31,459 nucleotides of DNA from assembly GCA_043804695.1 (NCBI GenBank), contig JAZDIV010000056.1:1-31459 (forward strand), written 5' to 3'. Both the position numbers and the translations under genes were made by a program. The notes under the pieces are model-generated. The model was not told the origin of the DNA, ran no database searches, and worked only from the letters and a program-made list of their open reading frames with translations. Each line of letters starts with the position of its first letter. Position 1 is the stretch's first letter. Below, piece by piece: positions 17,754-26,989 of this stretch. Source of the DNA: PVC group bacterium. Its GTDB lineage: Bacteria; Auribacterota; Erginobacteria; Erginobacterales; Erginobacteraceae.

Positions 17754-19304
17754 TTATTTACGCCGCACACCGTGAACGAATATCAGGTCGGGGGGGGCGC
17801 CTGATCGGTAGGTCTCCTCAATCACCCGGATCAAGGGGTACTTTTCCGGATGAGCCCGGATGTGCTTGATCGTGTAATAACACCAGATGAGGGACGGGTC
17901 ATCCGTGTTCAGGGGGGCCAGGTAGCGCTGACCGTAAAGCAGGTATTGAATCGAATACCGGCGGATGAAATCATCCAGGAAGGCCGGCGAGACGGGAAGC
18001 GCCAGAACACGTTTCCCGGTTAGATAGGCCAGCTCCGGCGGATAGCCGACCTGGGCCATCACCCCGTCCCCGGGAAGGCTGTCGAGGAAAGCGGCGGTCC
18101 GCCAGGCCTCGACTTCCTTCCGCTGGAGAAAGACCAGGCGCCGGGCGCCGGTTAGATGCATCGCCGCGGCAGCGGCCAGGATTCCAACCAGAAGCCCGGC
18201 CAGAACCTTCCCGATCACCAGCGGCCGGGTAAAACATCCCGCCAGCATACTCAGCCCCCGGGCGAAAAAATAGCTCATCGGCAGCAGGACCGGGATCAGA
18301 AATCGGGGCTCCGGGTGGAGAATGACCGGGAGGGAAAAAAGGGCCAACATGACGGCGAAGAAAAGGTCCGCGCTCCGCCGGAGCCTTCTCCTCATTACGG
18401 CCCGGAACACACCATAGACGGCGATGACGGCGATGAATGCATAAAAGACCGTGTACATGAAACCGGGGAGAACGATCAGCGGGGAGAGGGGATAGACATT
18501 GGCGTTGATCCGGAACTCGGAGAGGTCGGGGCTGAAGTTGAACATGGTGCGGGTGGCGGGGAAATAGCGGGGGGTGAAGAGGTGGCGGGCCGTAAAATCA
18601 TGCACGTACTCGATCATCCCGTCCACCCCCGCGGGATAGAAAATGTTTTCCGTAAAAATGCGCCATCTCACACCCAACCAGCACCCGTAGACGGCCAGGA
18701 GCAAAAGCACCGGCAGCAAAACCGCTTTCAGGTGACCCCCCCGCGGCCGGAAGATGAAGTACGCGGCCGCGAAACAGGGCACAAGCGAAAGAGCGAGATC
18801 CGAGGTGAGGCAGCAGGCCGCGGCCGCGCCTCCGGCCCCGAGAAGAACCGGGATCGACGGGCGGATCACGCCCCGGACAAAGAGGTAGAGGCTGAGCGTG
18901 AAGAGTCCCAGGAACAGGGAATCCTTGTAGATGACCCGCGAGGTCGGGATGTGGAGCGGCGAGACAGCCAGGATGAAGAGGGCGATGGTGATCCAGTACC
19001 GGTCCTTGCCGAGAAGACGGAAAAGGCAGACCAGGGCCCAGAAAGTGACAACGGAAAAGAGGAGAGAGACGGCGATGCCGGCGATGTGATCGGGGAAGAC
19101 CTGCGACAGAAGACGGATGACACCGGGAAAAAGGGGCGGGTGGACGGTGTAGAACTGGTTGTTGAACAAAAGGTGACGGGGAAAGGACCGGGCCAGGGTG
19201 AGGTATTTCGCTTCATCCAGCGAGAGGAAGCAGTCCGGAGACGGAACGAAAATCCTCACCAGGAGGAAGAGCAGAAAGACCACCGTTACCAGCCCGCTCT
19301 TCAC
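17754..19304 (-). CDS. ArnT/PMT-like (GT-C) membrane glycosyltransferase
   Basis: DEAKY after TM1, HPPLFP, YKDSLF, RFLIP, many TM helices and a soluble C-terminal domain. Confidence 0.75.
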   Translation of the reverse strand: MKSGLVTVVFLLFLLVRIFVPSPDCFLSLDEAKYLTLARSFPRHLLFNNQFYTVHPPLFPGVIRLLSQVFPDHIAGIAVSLLFSVVTFWALVCLFRLLGKDRYWITIALFILAVSPLHIPTSRVIYKDSLFLGLFTLSLYLFVRGVIRPSIPVLLGAGGAAAACCLTSDLALSLVPCFAAAYFIFRPRGGHLKAVLLPVLLLLAVYGCWLGVRWRIFTENIFYPAGVDGMIEYVHDFTARHLFTPRYFPATRTMFNFSPDLSEFRINANVYPLSPLIVLPGFMYTVFYAFIAVIAVYGVFRAVMRRRLRRSADLFFAVMLALFSLPVILHPEPRFLIPVLLPMSYFFARGLSMLAGCFTRPLVIGKVLAGLLVGILAAAAAMHLTGARRLVFLQRKEVEAWRTAAFLDSLPGDGVMAQVGYPPELAYLTGKRVLALPVSPAFLDDFIRRYSIQYLLYGQRYLAPLNTDDPSLIWCYYTIKHIRAHPEKYPLIRVIEETYRSGAPPDLIFVHGVRRK

Positions 19305-19765
19305 TCTTCCTCCGCGATCTTCGTCTCCGCGGTCAGCGCGGCGGACGGGGAGGGGTCTTCTTCAATCAGCGCGTTGCCCGACGCCTGCGCCTCCTTGAGC
19401 CAGAAGATCAGGGTATATGTTTGCCACCCGCTGTACCAGTCGGTGGTGAGGTCGATGGTTTTCGCGGCCCCCAGCTCCCGGCTTTTTCCCGTCACCATCC
19501 CGGCGGCGGTGCCGGGGCTCACGGTGTGCCGGAAGAAGTGATAGCTCCCCGGCTCGCGGTAGCTCCCGGTGATGACCGGGCAGGACTCGAAGCCGAGGAA
19601 GTAGATCCCCCAGATATCGGAGTGGATGTGAGCGAGCGAAGTTGCCCCGGTTTCGGTGAGCTGCTGATCGTGCAGGTCGGAAGTCACGTCAACACTCGAG
19701 CAGGCAGCAATGATCCCCGCCGCCATCCCGATCAAACCAACCATCAAGAACTTTCTCGCCATCAT
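19301..19765 (-). CDS. Hypothetical lipoprotein
   Basis: Lipobox IIAA-C after a hydrophobic leader; SD AGGAG; stop overlaps the next gene's GTG start. Confidence 0.75.
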   Translation of the reverse strand: MMARKFLMVGLIGMAAGIIAACSSVDVTSDLHDQQLTETGATSLAHIHSDIWGIYFLGFESCPVITGSYREPGSYHFFRHTVSPGTAAGMVTGKSRELGAAKTIDLTTDWYSGWQTYTLIFWLKEAQASGNALIEEDPSPSAALTAETKIAEEE

Positions 19766-19843
19766 CGTTTCTCCTACTCTTCGCCAACCAGTGCCTGGTC
19801 CAGATTATAATATAATTAATGAATGATCACCACAATCCACGCC

Positions 19844-19905
19844 ATCTCCGGCATTGTTCAAAACTAATCCGATTTATGCCTGTCGGCAGGCATAAATCGG
19901 GTTAA
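19844..19905. repeat. TAACCCGATTTAT hairpin element, copy 3, with short loop insert
   Basis: cattgttcaaaactaatccgatttatg[cctgtcggcaggc]ataaatcgggttaa. Confidence 0.85.
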
Positions 19906-19980
19906 ACAGGATATACTATAATCACCAGCCCGGATTATTCAGGAAATTTTTTAATTTTCCTCAAATAATCCGGGCCCCGC

Positions 19981-20009
19981 TGTAACCTTTTTCCCTTCGG
20001 GAGCGATTA
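19981..20009 (+). promoter_or_regulatory. Putative ECF sigma promoter
   Basis: TGTAACC-16 nt-CGATTA upstream of a cluster that encodes an ECF sigma; resembles the generic AAC...CG ECF pattern. Confidence 0.4.
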
Positions 20010-20079
20010 CAATGACGCGGGAGATGTCAACAACAACCCGCGTCAACCATAACCCCGAAAGGGGAAGGAGGAGAAGGCG

Positions 20080-20574
20080 ATGAAGAGAAAGACGATGGCG
20101 ATGGCATTGATCGGGCTGACCGTTGCCGGCGGGGCGATCCCGACCGTCCAGGCCCGGGAAGCAGGGGACGTTTCCCTCGCTCCGGCGGCACGGATCGGAC
20201 AGCTGCTGATGGAGCTGGAACTGAGTAACGGCCAGAAAAAAGAGATCGCCGAGGTCATCACCCGCAACCGGGACGGCAACCGGGAACTTATCCGGGGAAT
20301 CATCTCCGCCCGGCGGGACCTGGCAGGGGCGATCCACGGCAGTGATTTCGATGAGATCTCCGTCCGGACTTCGGCACGCGTGGTCGGGAACCTGGCCGAG
20401 GAGATGACTGTCCGGCGGGCACGGCAGTCGACCGAGATACGATCAGTTCTTACCGAACAGCAGCGGGAACTGCTCAGGGAAGCCGGGGAAAAAATCTTCG
20501 AGAAGATCGAGGAAAGGCTGGAACAGGCCGGCCTGGCGGTCGATTTCTGGGCCGCGCGGCAGACGGAGTTATAA
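20080..20574 (+). CDS. Spy/CpxP family periplasmic protein
   Basis: Signal peptide, LELSNGQ and VLTEQQ (LTxxQ-like) motifs; strong SD. Confidence 0.8.
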   Translation: MKRKTMAMALIGLTVAGGAIPTVQAREAGDVSLAPAARIGQLLMELELSNGQKKEIAEVITRNRDGNRELIRGIISARRDLAGAIHGSDFDEISVRTSARVVGNLAEEMTVRRARQSTEIRSVLTEQQRELLREAGEKIFEKIEERLEQAGLAVDFWAARQTEL

Positions 20575-20719
20575 CCCGCATAACAAAGGACGGGAGACGG
20601 CCCGGATGGCGCGTGTTGACACCGGAAAATCCGGCAGGGCAGCAGTCGATCGGCGCGCACCGGGCCGTATGCCCGCCCGAACATGCGGCGGACAGGATCG
20701 AAAAAGGGGGACAGAAAAG

Positions 20720-21829
20720 ATGAAAAGAACATGTCTTGTGACTATAACGGCGGTCCTAACCGGCGCAACTATAAGCTTGGCGGATCAGTCAACGGCAGGC
20801 ACAATAGTGACGATTGCGGAGTTCGGCAAGAGCGTCGACTGGCATCCTGAACTTGACCGGATCGCCTCGGCCCGTCAGGGAGAGGACGGCTACTACGATG
20901 TCTTTACCATGAAACCGGACGGGAGCGATATGCGTGTCCTCACCCACACCCTGACGGGGTGTCCCCGGAAGCACAACGGGAATCCCTGCTTTCATCCATC
21001 GGGCGAGTTCCTCGTTTTCACCGGAGAGGACGAGCGGTTACCGGACCAGGACGCGGCCGTCCGGCGATTGGCCGTTCCGGGTTCCGGACTCGGGGGGAAT
21101 CTCTTCGTCGCGAGAATCGACGGGGGGACCTGTCATCAACTCACGAAGTACCCGCTGATTCCCCTGCTTCGTGCCGTCATCCATCCCCAGTTTTCAAAAG
21201 ACGGGAAAAAATTGGCATGGTCGGAGCGAGTCCGCAGAGGCAACAGCTTCGGTGGCGGCTGGGTGATCAAGATCGCGGATTTTGTGGACGGCGACCGTGC
21301 CGTCCTCAAGAATGTCATAACTCTGGAACCGGGCGAGCAAGACTGTTTCTACGAAATCCATGATTTTTCCAGCGACGGCGAAAGGCTGCTCTTCTCCGGT
21401 AATCTGCAGGAAGGGCACGCCCATACCGGGCTGGATATCTACGAGATGAACCTGGAAAACGGCGGAATCAACCGGCTCACGGATTCGGAGAGCGACTGGG
21501 ACGAACATGCGCACTACTCGCCTGACGGCAGCCGAATCGCGTGGATGTCCAGCGCCGGATTCGATATCGACTACGGGCCGGAAAAAGGCCAGGGGACGAC
21601 CTGGGGCGAGCACCTCAAGACTGAACTGTGGGTTATGGATGCCGACGGCTCGAACGCCAGGCAGTTGACTCATTTCAACACGAAAGGCTACCCGGAGAAC
21701 ATTACAGGCGCGCGGTGCATTGTTGCAGACAGCGCCTGGGCTCCCGACGGCAAGAGTATTTGCGCATGCCTTGCCTGGTTCAAGGGCAAACATCATGGGG
21801 TGCGGCTGGTTCGAGTCGGACTGCAATGA
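20720..21829 (+). CDS. Secreted TolB-like beta-propeller (PD40 repeats)
   Basis: Repeats PCFHPSG, PQFSKDG, FSSDG, HYSPDG, AWAPDG and LWVMDADGSNARQLT; start at MKRTCL after AAGGGGG. Confidence 0.8.
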   Translation: MKRTCLVTITAVLTGATISLADQSTAGTIVTIAEFGKSVDWHPELDRIASARQGEDGYYDVFTMKPDGSDMRVLTHTLTGCPRKHNGNPCFHPSGEFLVFTGEDERLPDQDAAVRRLAVPGSGLGGNLFVARIDGGTCHQLTKYPLIPLLRAVIHPQFSKDGKKLAWSERVRRGNSFGGGWVIKIADFVDGDRAVLKNVITLEPGEQDCFYEIHDFSSDGERLLFSGNLQEGHAHTGLDIYEMNLENGGINRLTDSESDWDEHAHYSPDGSRIAWMSSAGFDIDYGPEKGQGTTWGEHLKTELWVMDADGSNARQLTHFNTKGYPENITGARCIVADSAWAPDGKSICACLAWFKGKHHGVRLVRVGLQ

Positions 21830-21970
21830 GGCGGCGATGGGGCGCGGGAGCGGCAAAGAGCAACGATCTATCCGGGCCCAGGGGGAAATGTCCGGACGGC
21901 GGACGATAGGTGGGGCGGCCGGCGGACGGGATGAGAGGGCGCCTTCGAGGAAGGGAGCGACAGGTTGTTC

Positions 21971-22564
21971 ATGACCGACCGGAAGGACAGGGAGATCATC
22001 GAGGAGATACGGAGCGGTAACGTCGATGCCTTTGAAAAATTGATCGTTCGTTACGAGAACCGGGTCTTCGCTATTGTGAGCCGGCATCTCCCCGCTGATA
22101 AAGCGGCGGAGACGGCACACGATGTCTTCTGCCGGGCCTACCGGTCCCTGGGCGGTTATCGCCCCGAAAAGCCGTTTGAACACTGGATATCGAAAGTGGC
22201 GGTGAGGACGTGCTGCGATTACTGGCGGCGGAACAAACGGTCCCGGGAGATCGCCTTTTCCGCCTTCGAAAAAGACGGCCGGGAGGTGCTTGACGCCATT
22301 CTGTCCGAAAAGGCGAACGATCAATACAACGTCGAACGGCGCCGGCTCCACGCCCGGGAACTCCTGGACCGGCTTCTGGGACGGCTCCCGGCGGAAGACC
22401 GGATGGCTCTCAGCCTGACCTACCTGGAAGGGCATTCCCTCCGGGAGGCCGCCGAGATGATGGACTGGAGCGCGGCCAGAATGAAAGTCCGGAGTCACCG
22501 GGCGCGGCGTGCCCTGCAAAAAGCCCTGCCGGAGGTGCTGGATGAAACGGGAGGTCATTCATGA
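21971..22564 (+). CDS. ECF sigma-70 factor
   Basis: GNVDAFEKLIVRY, WISKVAVRTCCDYWRR, region 4 LEGHSLREAAEMM...KVRSHRAR. Confidence 0.92.
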   Translation: MTDRKDREIIEEIRSGNVDAFEKLIVRYENRVFAIVSRHLPADKAAETAHDVFCRAYRSLGGYRPEKPFEHWISKVAVRTCCDYWRRNKRSREIAFSAFEKDGREVLDAILSEKANDQYNVERRRLHARELLDRLLGRLPAEDRMALSLTYLEGHSLREAAEMMDWSAARMKVRSHRARRALQKALPEVLDETGGHS

Positions 22565-22884
22565 ACAATAAAAACGAAAAAAGCCGGCGGCTGGAGACGG
22601 CGTTGCGGGACGCGTACCATCATCCTCCCCGGGTGCGGCCGGACGAACAGTGGCGGAAGGGAGTGATGGCGGAGGTCCGGGACGCGGCGGCAAAGCCGGA
22701 GCGGGCGAACGGGCCCATCTTCGTTCCTCCCGTGTTTTTCCGTCTGGCTCCGCTACTGGCCGGCGCGTCGGTTGCCGTCTTCGCCATGGGCTGGTCGGCT
22801 ATGGGCAGTCTCTATAACGAACTGGCCGTCACCGTTCTGACGAATCTGCCCCGGACCGCCGAGCTATACCTGTTCGGTCTGTAG
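22561..22884 (+). CDS. Putative membrane anti-sigma factor
   Basis: ATGA overlap with the sigma gene; short cytoplasmic N-terminus and one TM helix. Confidence 0.6.
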   Translation: MNNKNEKSRRLETALRDAYHHPPRVRPDEQWRKGVMAEVRDAAAKPERANGPIFVPPVFFRLAPLLAGASVAVFAMGWSAMGSLYNELAVTVLTNLPRTAELYLFGL

Positions 22885-22940
22885 AGACCGGACGCCTTGC
22901 AATGAGATGTGCCTATACCGGCAAAAAAAATAAATCAACA

Positions 22941-23062
22941 TGGAGTGATGGGGTAATGGTGTATTGGAGTACTGGACAACCGGGGGGGCCGAGAGACGGG
23001 CACCCAACATTCCAGTACTCCACCACTCCAGCACTCCTGTTGCCCGAGGCCAAGCCGAGGGC
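22941..23062. repeat. Inverted TGGAGTnn octamer runs with GCCCGAG..GAGGGC tail, copy 2
   Basis: tggagtgatggggtaatggtgtattggagtactgg ... ccaacattccagtactccaccactccagcactcc, then tgttgcccgaggccaagccgagggc. Confidence 0.8.
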
Positions 23063-23085
23063 TCTATTCCAAAGGAGGATCATCT

Positions 23086-23490
23086 ATGAACCGCTGGAAA
23101 TTCTGGATCATCGCCGCCCTGCTCTTCATCTCCGGCGCCCTGCTGGGGAGCGCCGGGACCGCCTTCTACGTCAGGCATTCCGTATGGCAGATCATGGCGG
23201 GTGATTCCACCCTGATCCACCGGACCATCATGCGTCGGCTGACGCGGGAACTCGATCTGACGGACGAGCAGCGAACCCGGGCGGAAGAGATTATCCGCGC
23301 CGGTCAGGAACGCATGGCGATAATCCGCCGGGAGACCGCGCCCCGGGTCGGCGCGGCCATCGGCGACACCGTTGCCGACCTGAAGAAGATACTCTCGGCC
23401 GAACAGACGCGGGAACTCGACCGCCTGGTTGACAGGATGAGCTCCCGCTGGAAGATACCGGTGGGAGAGAAAGCCGCCCTTCTCCCCTGA
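23086..23490 (+). CDS. Membrane-anchored Spy/CpxP/heavy-metal-sensor-like helical protein
   Basis: N-terminal TM, ELDLTDEQ and ILSAEQ motifs; SD AAGGAGG. Confidence 0.7.
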   Translation: MNRWKFWIIAALLFISGALLGSAGTAFYVRHSVWQIMAGDSTLIHRTIMRRLTRELDLTDEQRTRAEEIIRAGQERMAIIRRETAPRVGAAIGDTVADLKKILSAEQTRELDRLVDRMSSRWKIPVGEKAALLP

Positions 23491-23558
23491 CGGCTGAGAT
23501 AAGGATGATATCCGCGATGGTTCGCCCGGCCCAATCACCCGGAAATATTGCTTGTACC

Positions 23559-23670
23559 CCCTATCCCGTATCCTGTATTCTGCATTCTGCATTCTGCATT
23601 CTGCATTCTGCATTCTGCATCCTGCATCCTGCATCCTGCATCCTGCATCCCGCATCCTGCATCCCGCATC
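23559..23670. repeat. Heptamer tandem repeat, 16 units of CTGCAT(T/C)-like sequence
   Basis: ccctatc, ccgtatc, ctgtatt, 5x ctgcatt, 5x ctgcatc, ccgcatc, ctgcatc, ccgcatc. Confidence 0.95.
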
Positions 23671-23743
23671 CGATGCCTGCGGGGTTGTAAAGATAACTGC
23701 ATTGAAGAACCCTGCAATCCGAAAGCACTAAGGAGGGAGTATT

Positions 23744-24805
23744 ATGATCGTGCGACCGTTGCTGGCCGGACTGCTGCCGCTCCTGTTTTTCGTCACTTCC
23801 GCCTTGCCGGCGGATGAGCTTCCCCTGGTCTGGGTCGTCTCCACCGGGGGCACCATCGCTGAGAGGATCAATCCGGCCACCGGCGCCGCCGTGCCGGCCG
23901 TCTCCGGGGACGATCTTATCAAGGCGGTCCCCGACCTGGCCAAGGTCGCCCGGATCAAGGTTTTCTCCCTCTGCAATATCGACAGCTCCCACATGACACC
24001 GGAGATCTGGAGGAAGCTGGCCCTGAAAGTCAACGAACTGCTGGCCGACCCGGAAGTGAAAGGGGTCGTCGTCACCCACGGGACCGACACCATGGCCGAG
24101 GGGGCATTCTTCCTGGAGCTGACCGTGACCTCGAAAAAACCCATGGTCTTCGTGGGGGCGATGCGGAACGCCTCCGATCTCAGTCCGGACGGACCCGCCA
24201 ACATCATGAACGCCGTCATTCAGGTCTGTTCAAAAGAGGCGGCCGACTGGGGGGTGACGGTGACTCTCAACAACTATGTCAATTCCGCCTGGTACGTGCA
24301 GAAGACGGAATCCACCAACCCCCAGACCTTTGTCTCCGGCCCGCACGGATATTTGGGCTACATAATGATGGGGCAGGTCCAGCGGCTGAACGACCAGCCC
24401 CGCTCCTTGAAGTTCCCCATCCCCGAGAAACTGCCGGACGTTATCCCCCACTCCGCCTTCGCGGGCGATGACGGCTCGCTGATCCGCCACGCCATCACCG
24501 ACGGGGCGAGGGGGCTGGTGATCGAGGGTGTGGGATCCGGGAACGTCAACCCGAAAGTCGCCTCCGCGATCAAGGAAGCGCTGGACAGGAAGATCCCGGT
24601 CGTCATCACCACCCGGGTGGAATGGGGGGGCGTGGTCCCGGCCTACGGGGATGTCGGCGGGGGAGAATACCTGGAGAAGATGGGCTGCGTGCTGGGCGGC
24701 CAGATCGATACCTACAAGGCCCGGCTCCTCCTGATGCTGGCCCTGACCCGGCCTGACTTCTCGGTGGAGAAACTAAAATCTTATTTTGAATATGACATTG
24801 ATTGA
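23744..24805 (+). CDS. Secreted (type II-like) L-asparaginase
   Basis: Signal peptide, STGGTIA, THGTDTMAE, GAMR, DGPAN, GSGN. Confidence 0.93.
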   Translation: MIVRPLLAGLLPLLFFVTSALPADELPLVWVVSTGGTIAERINPATGAAVPAVSGDDLIKAVPDLAKVARIKVFSLCNIDSSHMTPEIWRKLALKVNELLADPEVKGVVVTHGTDTMAEGAFFLELTVTSKKPMVFVGAMRNASDLSPDGPANIMNAVIQVCSKEAADWGVTVTLNNYVNSAWYVQKTESTNPQTFVSGPHGYLGYIMMGQVQRLNDQPRSLKFPIPEKLPDVIPHSAFAGDDGSLIRHAITDGARGLVIEGVGSGNVNPKVASAIKEALDRKIPVVITTRVEWGGVVPAYGDVGGGEYLEKMGCVLGGQIDTYKARLLLMLALTRPDFSVEKLKSYFEYDID

Positions 24806-24848
24806 ACGTCGGCGAATTAAGACACTTCGACCTGGTCGATTGTGGACA

Positions 24849-24927
24849 TGGAATAATGGAGTGTTGGAGTGATGAGACCCAAAGTTCTGTCCCCAATACT
24901 CCAACACTCCAGTACTCCATCACTCCA
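24849..24927. repeat. Inverted TGGAGTnn octamer runs, copy 3
   Basis: tggaataatggagtgttggagtgatg ... ccaatactccaacactccagtactccatcactcca. Confidence 0.8.
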
Positions 24928-24996
24928 TTCAGGCGTTATTATTATTTAAACACGTAATTGAACGCGGTCTAATTGTAACCAGGGAGGTACGGACTC

Positions 24997-26604
24997 ATGG
25001 ATAGAGCGAAAGTTGAAAAAAAGTATGAGGCGTTAAGCCCCTTCGAGCTGAAGGACAAGCTGATCGCGATGGCGCAGAGCCCCCGGATCAAGATGATGCT
25101 CAACGCCGGGCGCGGCAACCCGAACTGGGTGGCGGTCTTCCCCCGGCTGGCCTTCTCGATTCTTCTGACTTTCGCCATCGAGGAGGCGCACCGGGTGATG
25201 AGCCGACCCGGCATCGCCGGCGCCCCGGACTCCAAAGGAATGGGGGAGCGCTTCCTGTTTTTCTGCCGGATCCACGCCGAACAGCGAGGTACCCAGCTGC
25301 TGGAGAACGGCTACCGGCACGTGACCGAAAAACTCGGCCTGGACGGCGACTCCTTCATCGGGGAAATGGTGGACGGCATCCTCGGCGACCACTACCCCAC
25401 CCCGGACCGGGTCCTTCCCAACACCGAGAAGGTGATCCGGGCCTATCTCGACCTGACCATGTGCGACAGCAACCCCCCAAAAGGGACGCTCGACATCTTC
25501 GTGACCGAGGGCGGCACCGCGGCCATGACCTACATCTTCAACACCCTGAAGGAGAACGGATTGCTCAACCCCGGCGACAAGATCGCCATCGGCACCCCGA
25601 TCTTCACCCCTTATATCGAGATCCCCCCCCTCAACGACTACCAGCTGGTCGTGATCGAGGTCGAGCAGGATGAGGAAAACAACTGGCAGTATCCGGCAGC
25701 GGAACTGGAGAAGCTGGCCGATCCCTCCATCAAGGCCTTCTTCATCGTCAATCCCTCCAACCCTACTTCGGTGAGCATGGCCCAGGAATCCCTGGATAAG
25801 ATCGCCGAACTGGTCAAGACCACCCGGAAAGATCTGATCCTTCTGACCGACGATGTCTATGGCACCTTTGTTAACGGCTTCAAGTCGCTGGTGGCCATCG
25901 CCCCTAAAAACACCATCCTGGTCTATTCCTACTCCAAGTACTTCGGGGCCACCGGATGGCGGCTGGGGGCGATCGGGATCTACCAGGACAACGTCATGGA
26001 CAAGATGATCGCCGCCCTCCCCCCGGCCAAGAAGCAGGAACTCTACGAGCGCTACAAGACCATCTCCACCGATCCGGCCGGCATCAAGCTGATCGACCGG
26101 ATGGTGGCCGACAGCCGGGCGGTCGCCCTCAATCACACCGCGGGACTCTCCACTCCCCAGCAGGTGATGATGGTTCTCTTCTCGCTCCATGAGCTCCTGG
26201 ACGCCGATTATCACCTCTACAAGAAAGAGATGCAGGACATCGTCCACGAACGTTATGAGACTCTCTACCAGGCGCTGGGGACCGAGGGGCCGGAGCTGCC
26301 CTGCTATGCCTGTTACTACACCACGATCGACATCCGCAAGCTGGCCCGCGAACGGTATGGTGACGAGTTCGGGACCTGGATGGAGACCGCCCACGAACCG
26401 ATCGACTTCGTCTGGCGGCTGGCCGCAGAGAAGGGGGTCGTCCTCATGGACGGCGGCGGTTTCGATGCCCCCGAGATGTCGGTCCGGGTGTCGCTCGCCA
26501 ACCTCTTCAAGCCGGATTACGAGAAGATCGGCCGGGGCATCAGCGACCTCCTCGATCAGTATAAGGCGGAGTGGGAAGCGGCAAAAAATCCTAAATCCGA
26601 ATGA
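24997..26604 (+). CDS. aspD: L-aspartate 4-(beta)-decarboxylase, PLP-dependent
   Basis: LSPFELKD, NAGRGNPNW, EGGTAAM, VNPSNP, TDDVY, PLP lysine in YSYSKYFGATGWRLG, LNHTAGLSTPQQ, RVSLANL. Confidence 0.95.
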   Translation: MDRAKVEKKYEALSPFELKDKLIAMAQSPRIKMMLNAGRGNPNWVAVFPRLAFSILLTFAIEEAHRVMSRPGIAGAPDSKGMGERFLFFCRIHAEQRGTQLLENGYRHVTEKLGLDGDSFIGEMVDGILGDHYPTPDRVLPNTEKVIRAYLDLTMCDSNPPKGTLDIFVTEGGTAAMTYIFNTLKENGLLNPGDKIAIGTPIFTPYIEIPPLNDYQLVVIEVEQDEENNWQYPAAELEKLADPSIKAFFIVNPSNPTSVSMAQESLDKIAELVKTTRKDLILLTDDVYGTFVNGFKSLVAIAPKNTILVYSYSKYFGATGWRLGAIGIYQDNVMDKMIAALPPAKKQELYERYKTISTDPAGIKLIDRMVADSRAVALNHTAGLSTPQQVMMVLFSLHELLDADYHLYKKEMQDIVHERYETLYQALGTEGPELPCYACYYTTIDIRKLARERYGDEFGTWMETAHEPIDFVWRLAAEKGVVLMDGGGFDAPEMSVRVSLANLFKPDYEKIGRGISDLLDQYKAEWEAAKNPKSE

Positions 26605-26921
26605 CGAATGACGAAAGAATGACGAAAACCAAATGTCGAATGACAAAGGGAAGCCGAATACCGGGAAAACGAGGTCAAAAGTAAACCACCCCCAAGCAAG
26701 AGAAAGTAATGAAGACGCCTCTTATTAATCCGACCGTTGTAGTATTTACATCAAGGATTGCGGTCATTGCGAGCGCAGCGAAGCAATCTCTTGCTGTGCA
26801 TATAGTTGAGATTGCTTCGTCGCTACACTCCTCGCAATGACATGTCCATACAATTATGGACTGACTAATAACATTGGGATTTGGATGTTCATTCGGGTTT
26901 CTTCATTCGGATTTCGTCATT
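26587..26921. repeat. Inverted GAATGAC-type short-repeat arms enclosing the MITE
   Basis: Left arm aaatccgaatgacgaatgacgaaagaatgacg...gaatgac (26587-26644); right arm ttgggatttgg...cattcggatttcgtcatt (26874-26921). Confidence 0.7.
26722..26871 (-). mobile_element. 150-bp MITE-like element, copy 2 (inverted relative to 6774-6923)
   Basis: 4 mismatches versus copy 1; identity stops at TTA/TAA on both sides. Confidence 0.8.
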
Positions 26922-26989
26922 AAAACCGTTACCCGGATAATCAACCTCTGTCCATATTAAGATTAAAGGGAACATCAGGAGGTTTTCAC

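Noticed and set aside
23080..24219. ORFs with MQDAGCR/CILHSAF repeats
   Set aside because: They are translations of the heptamer tandem repeat and overlap real genes.
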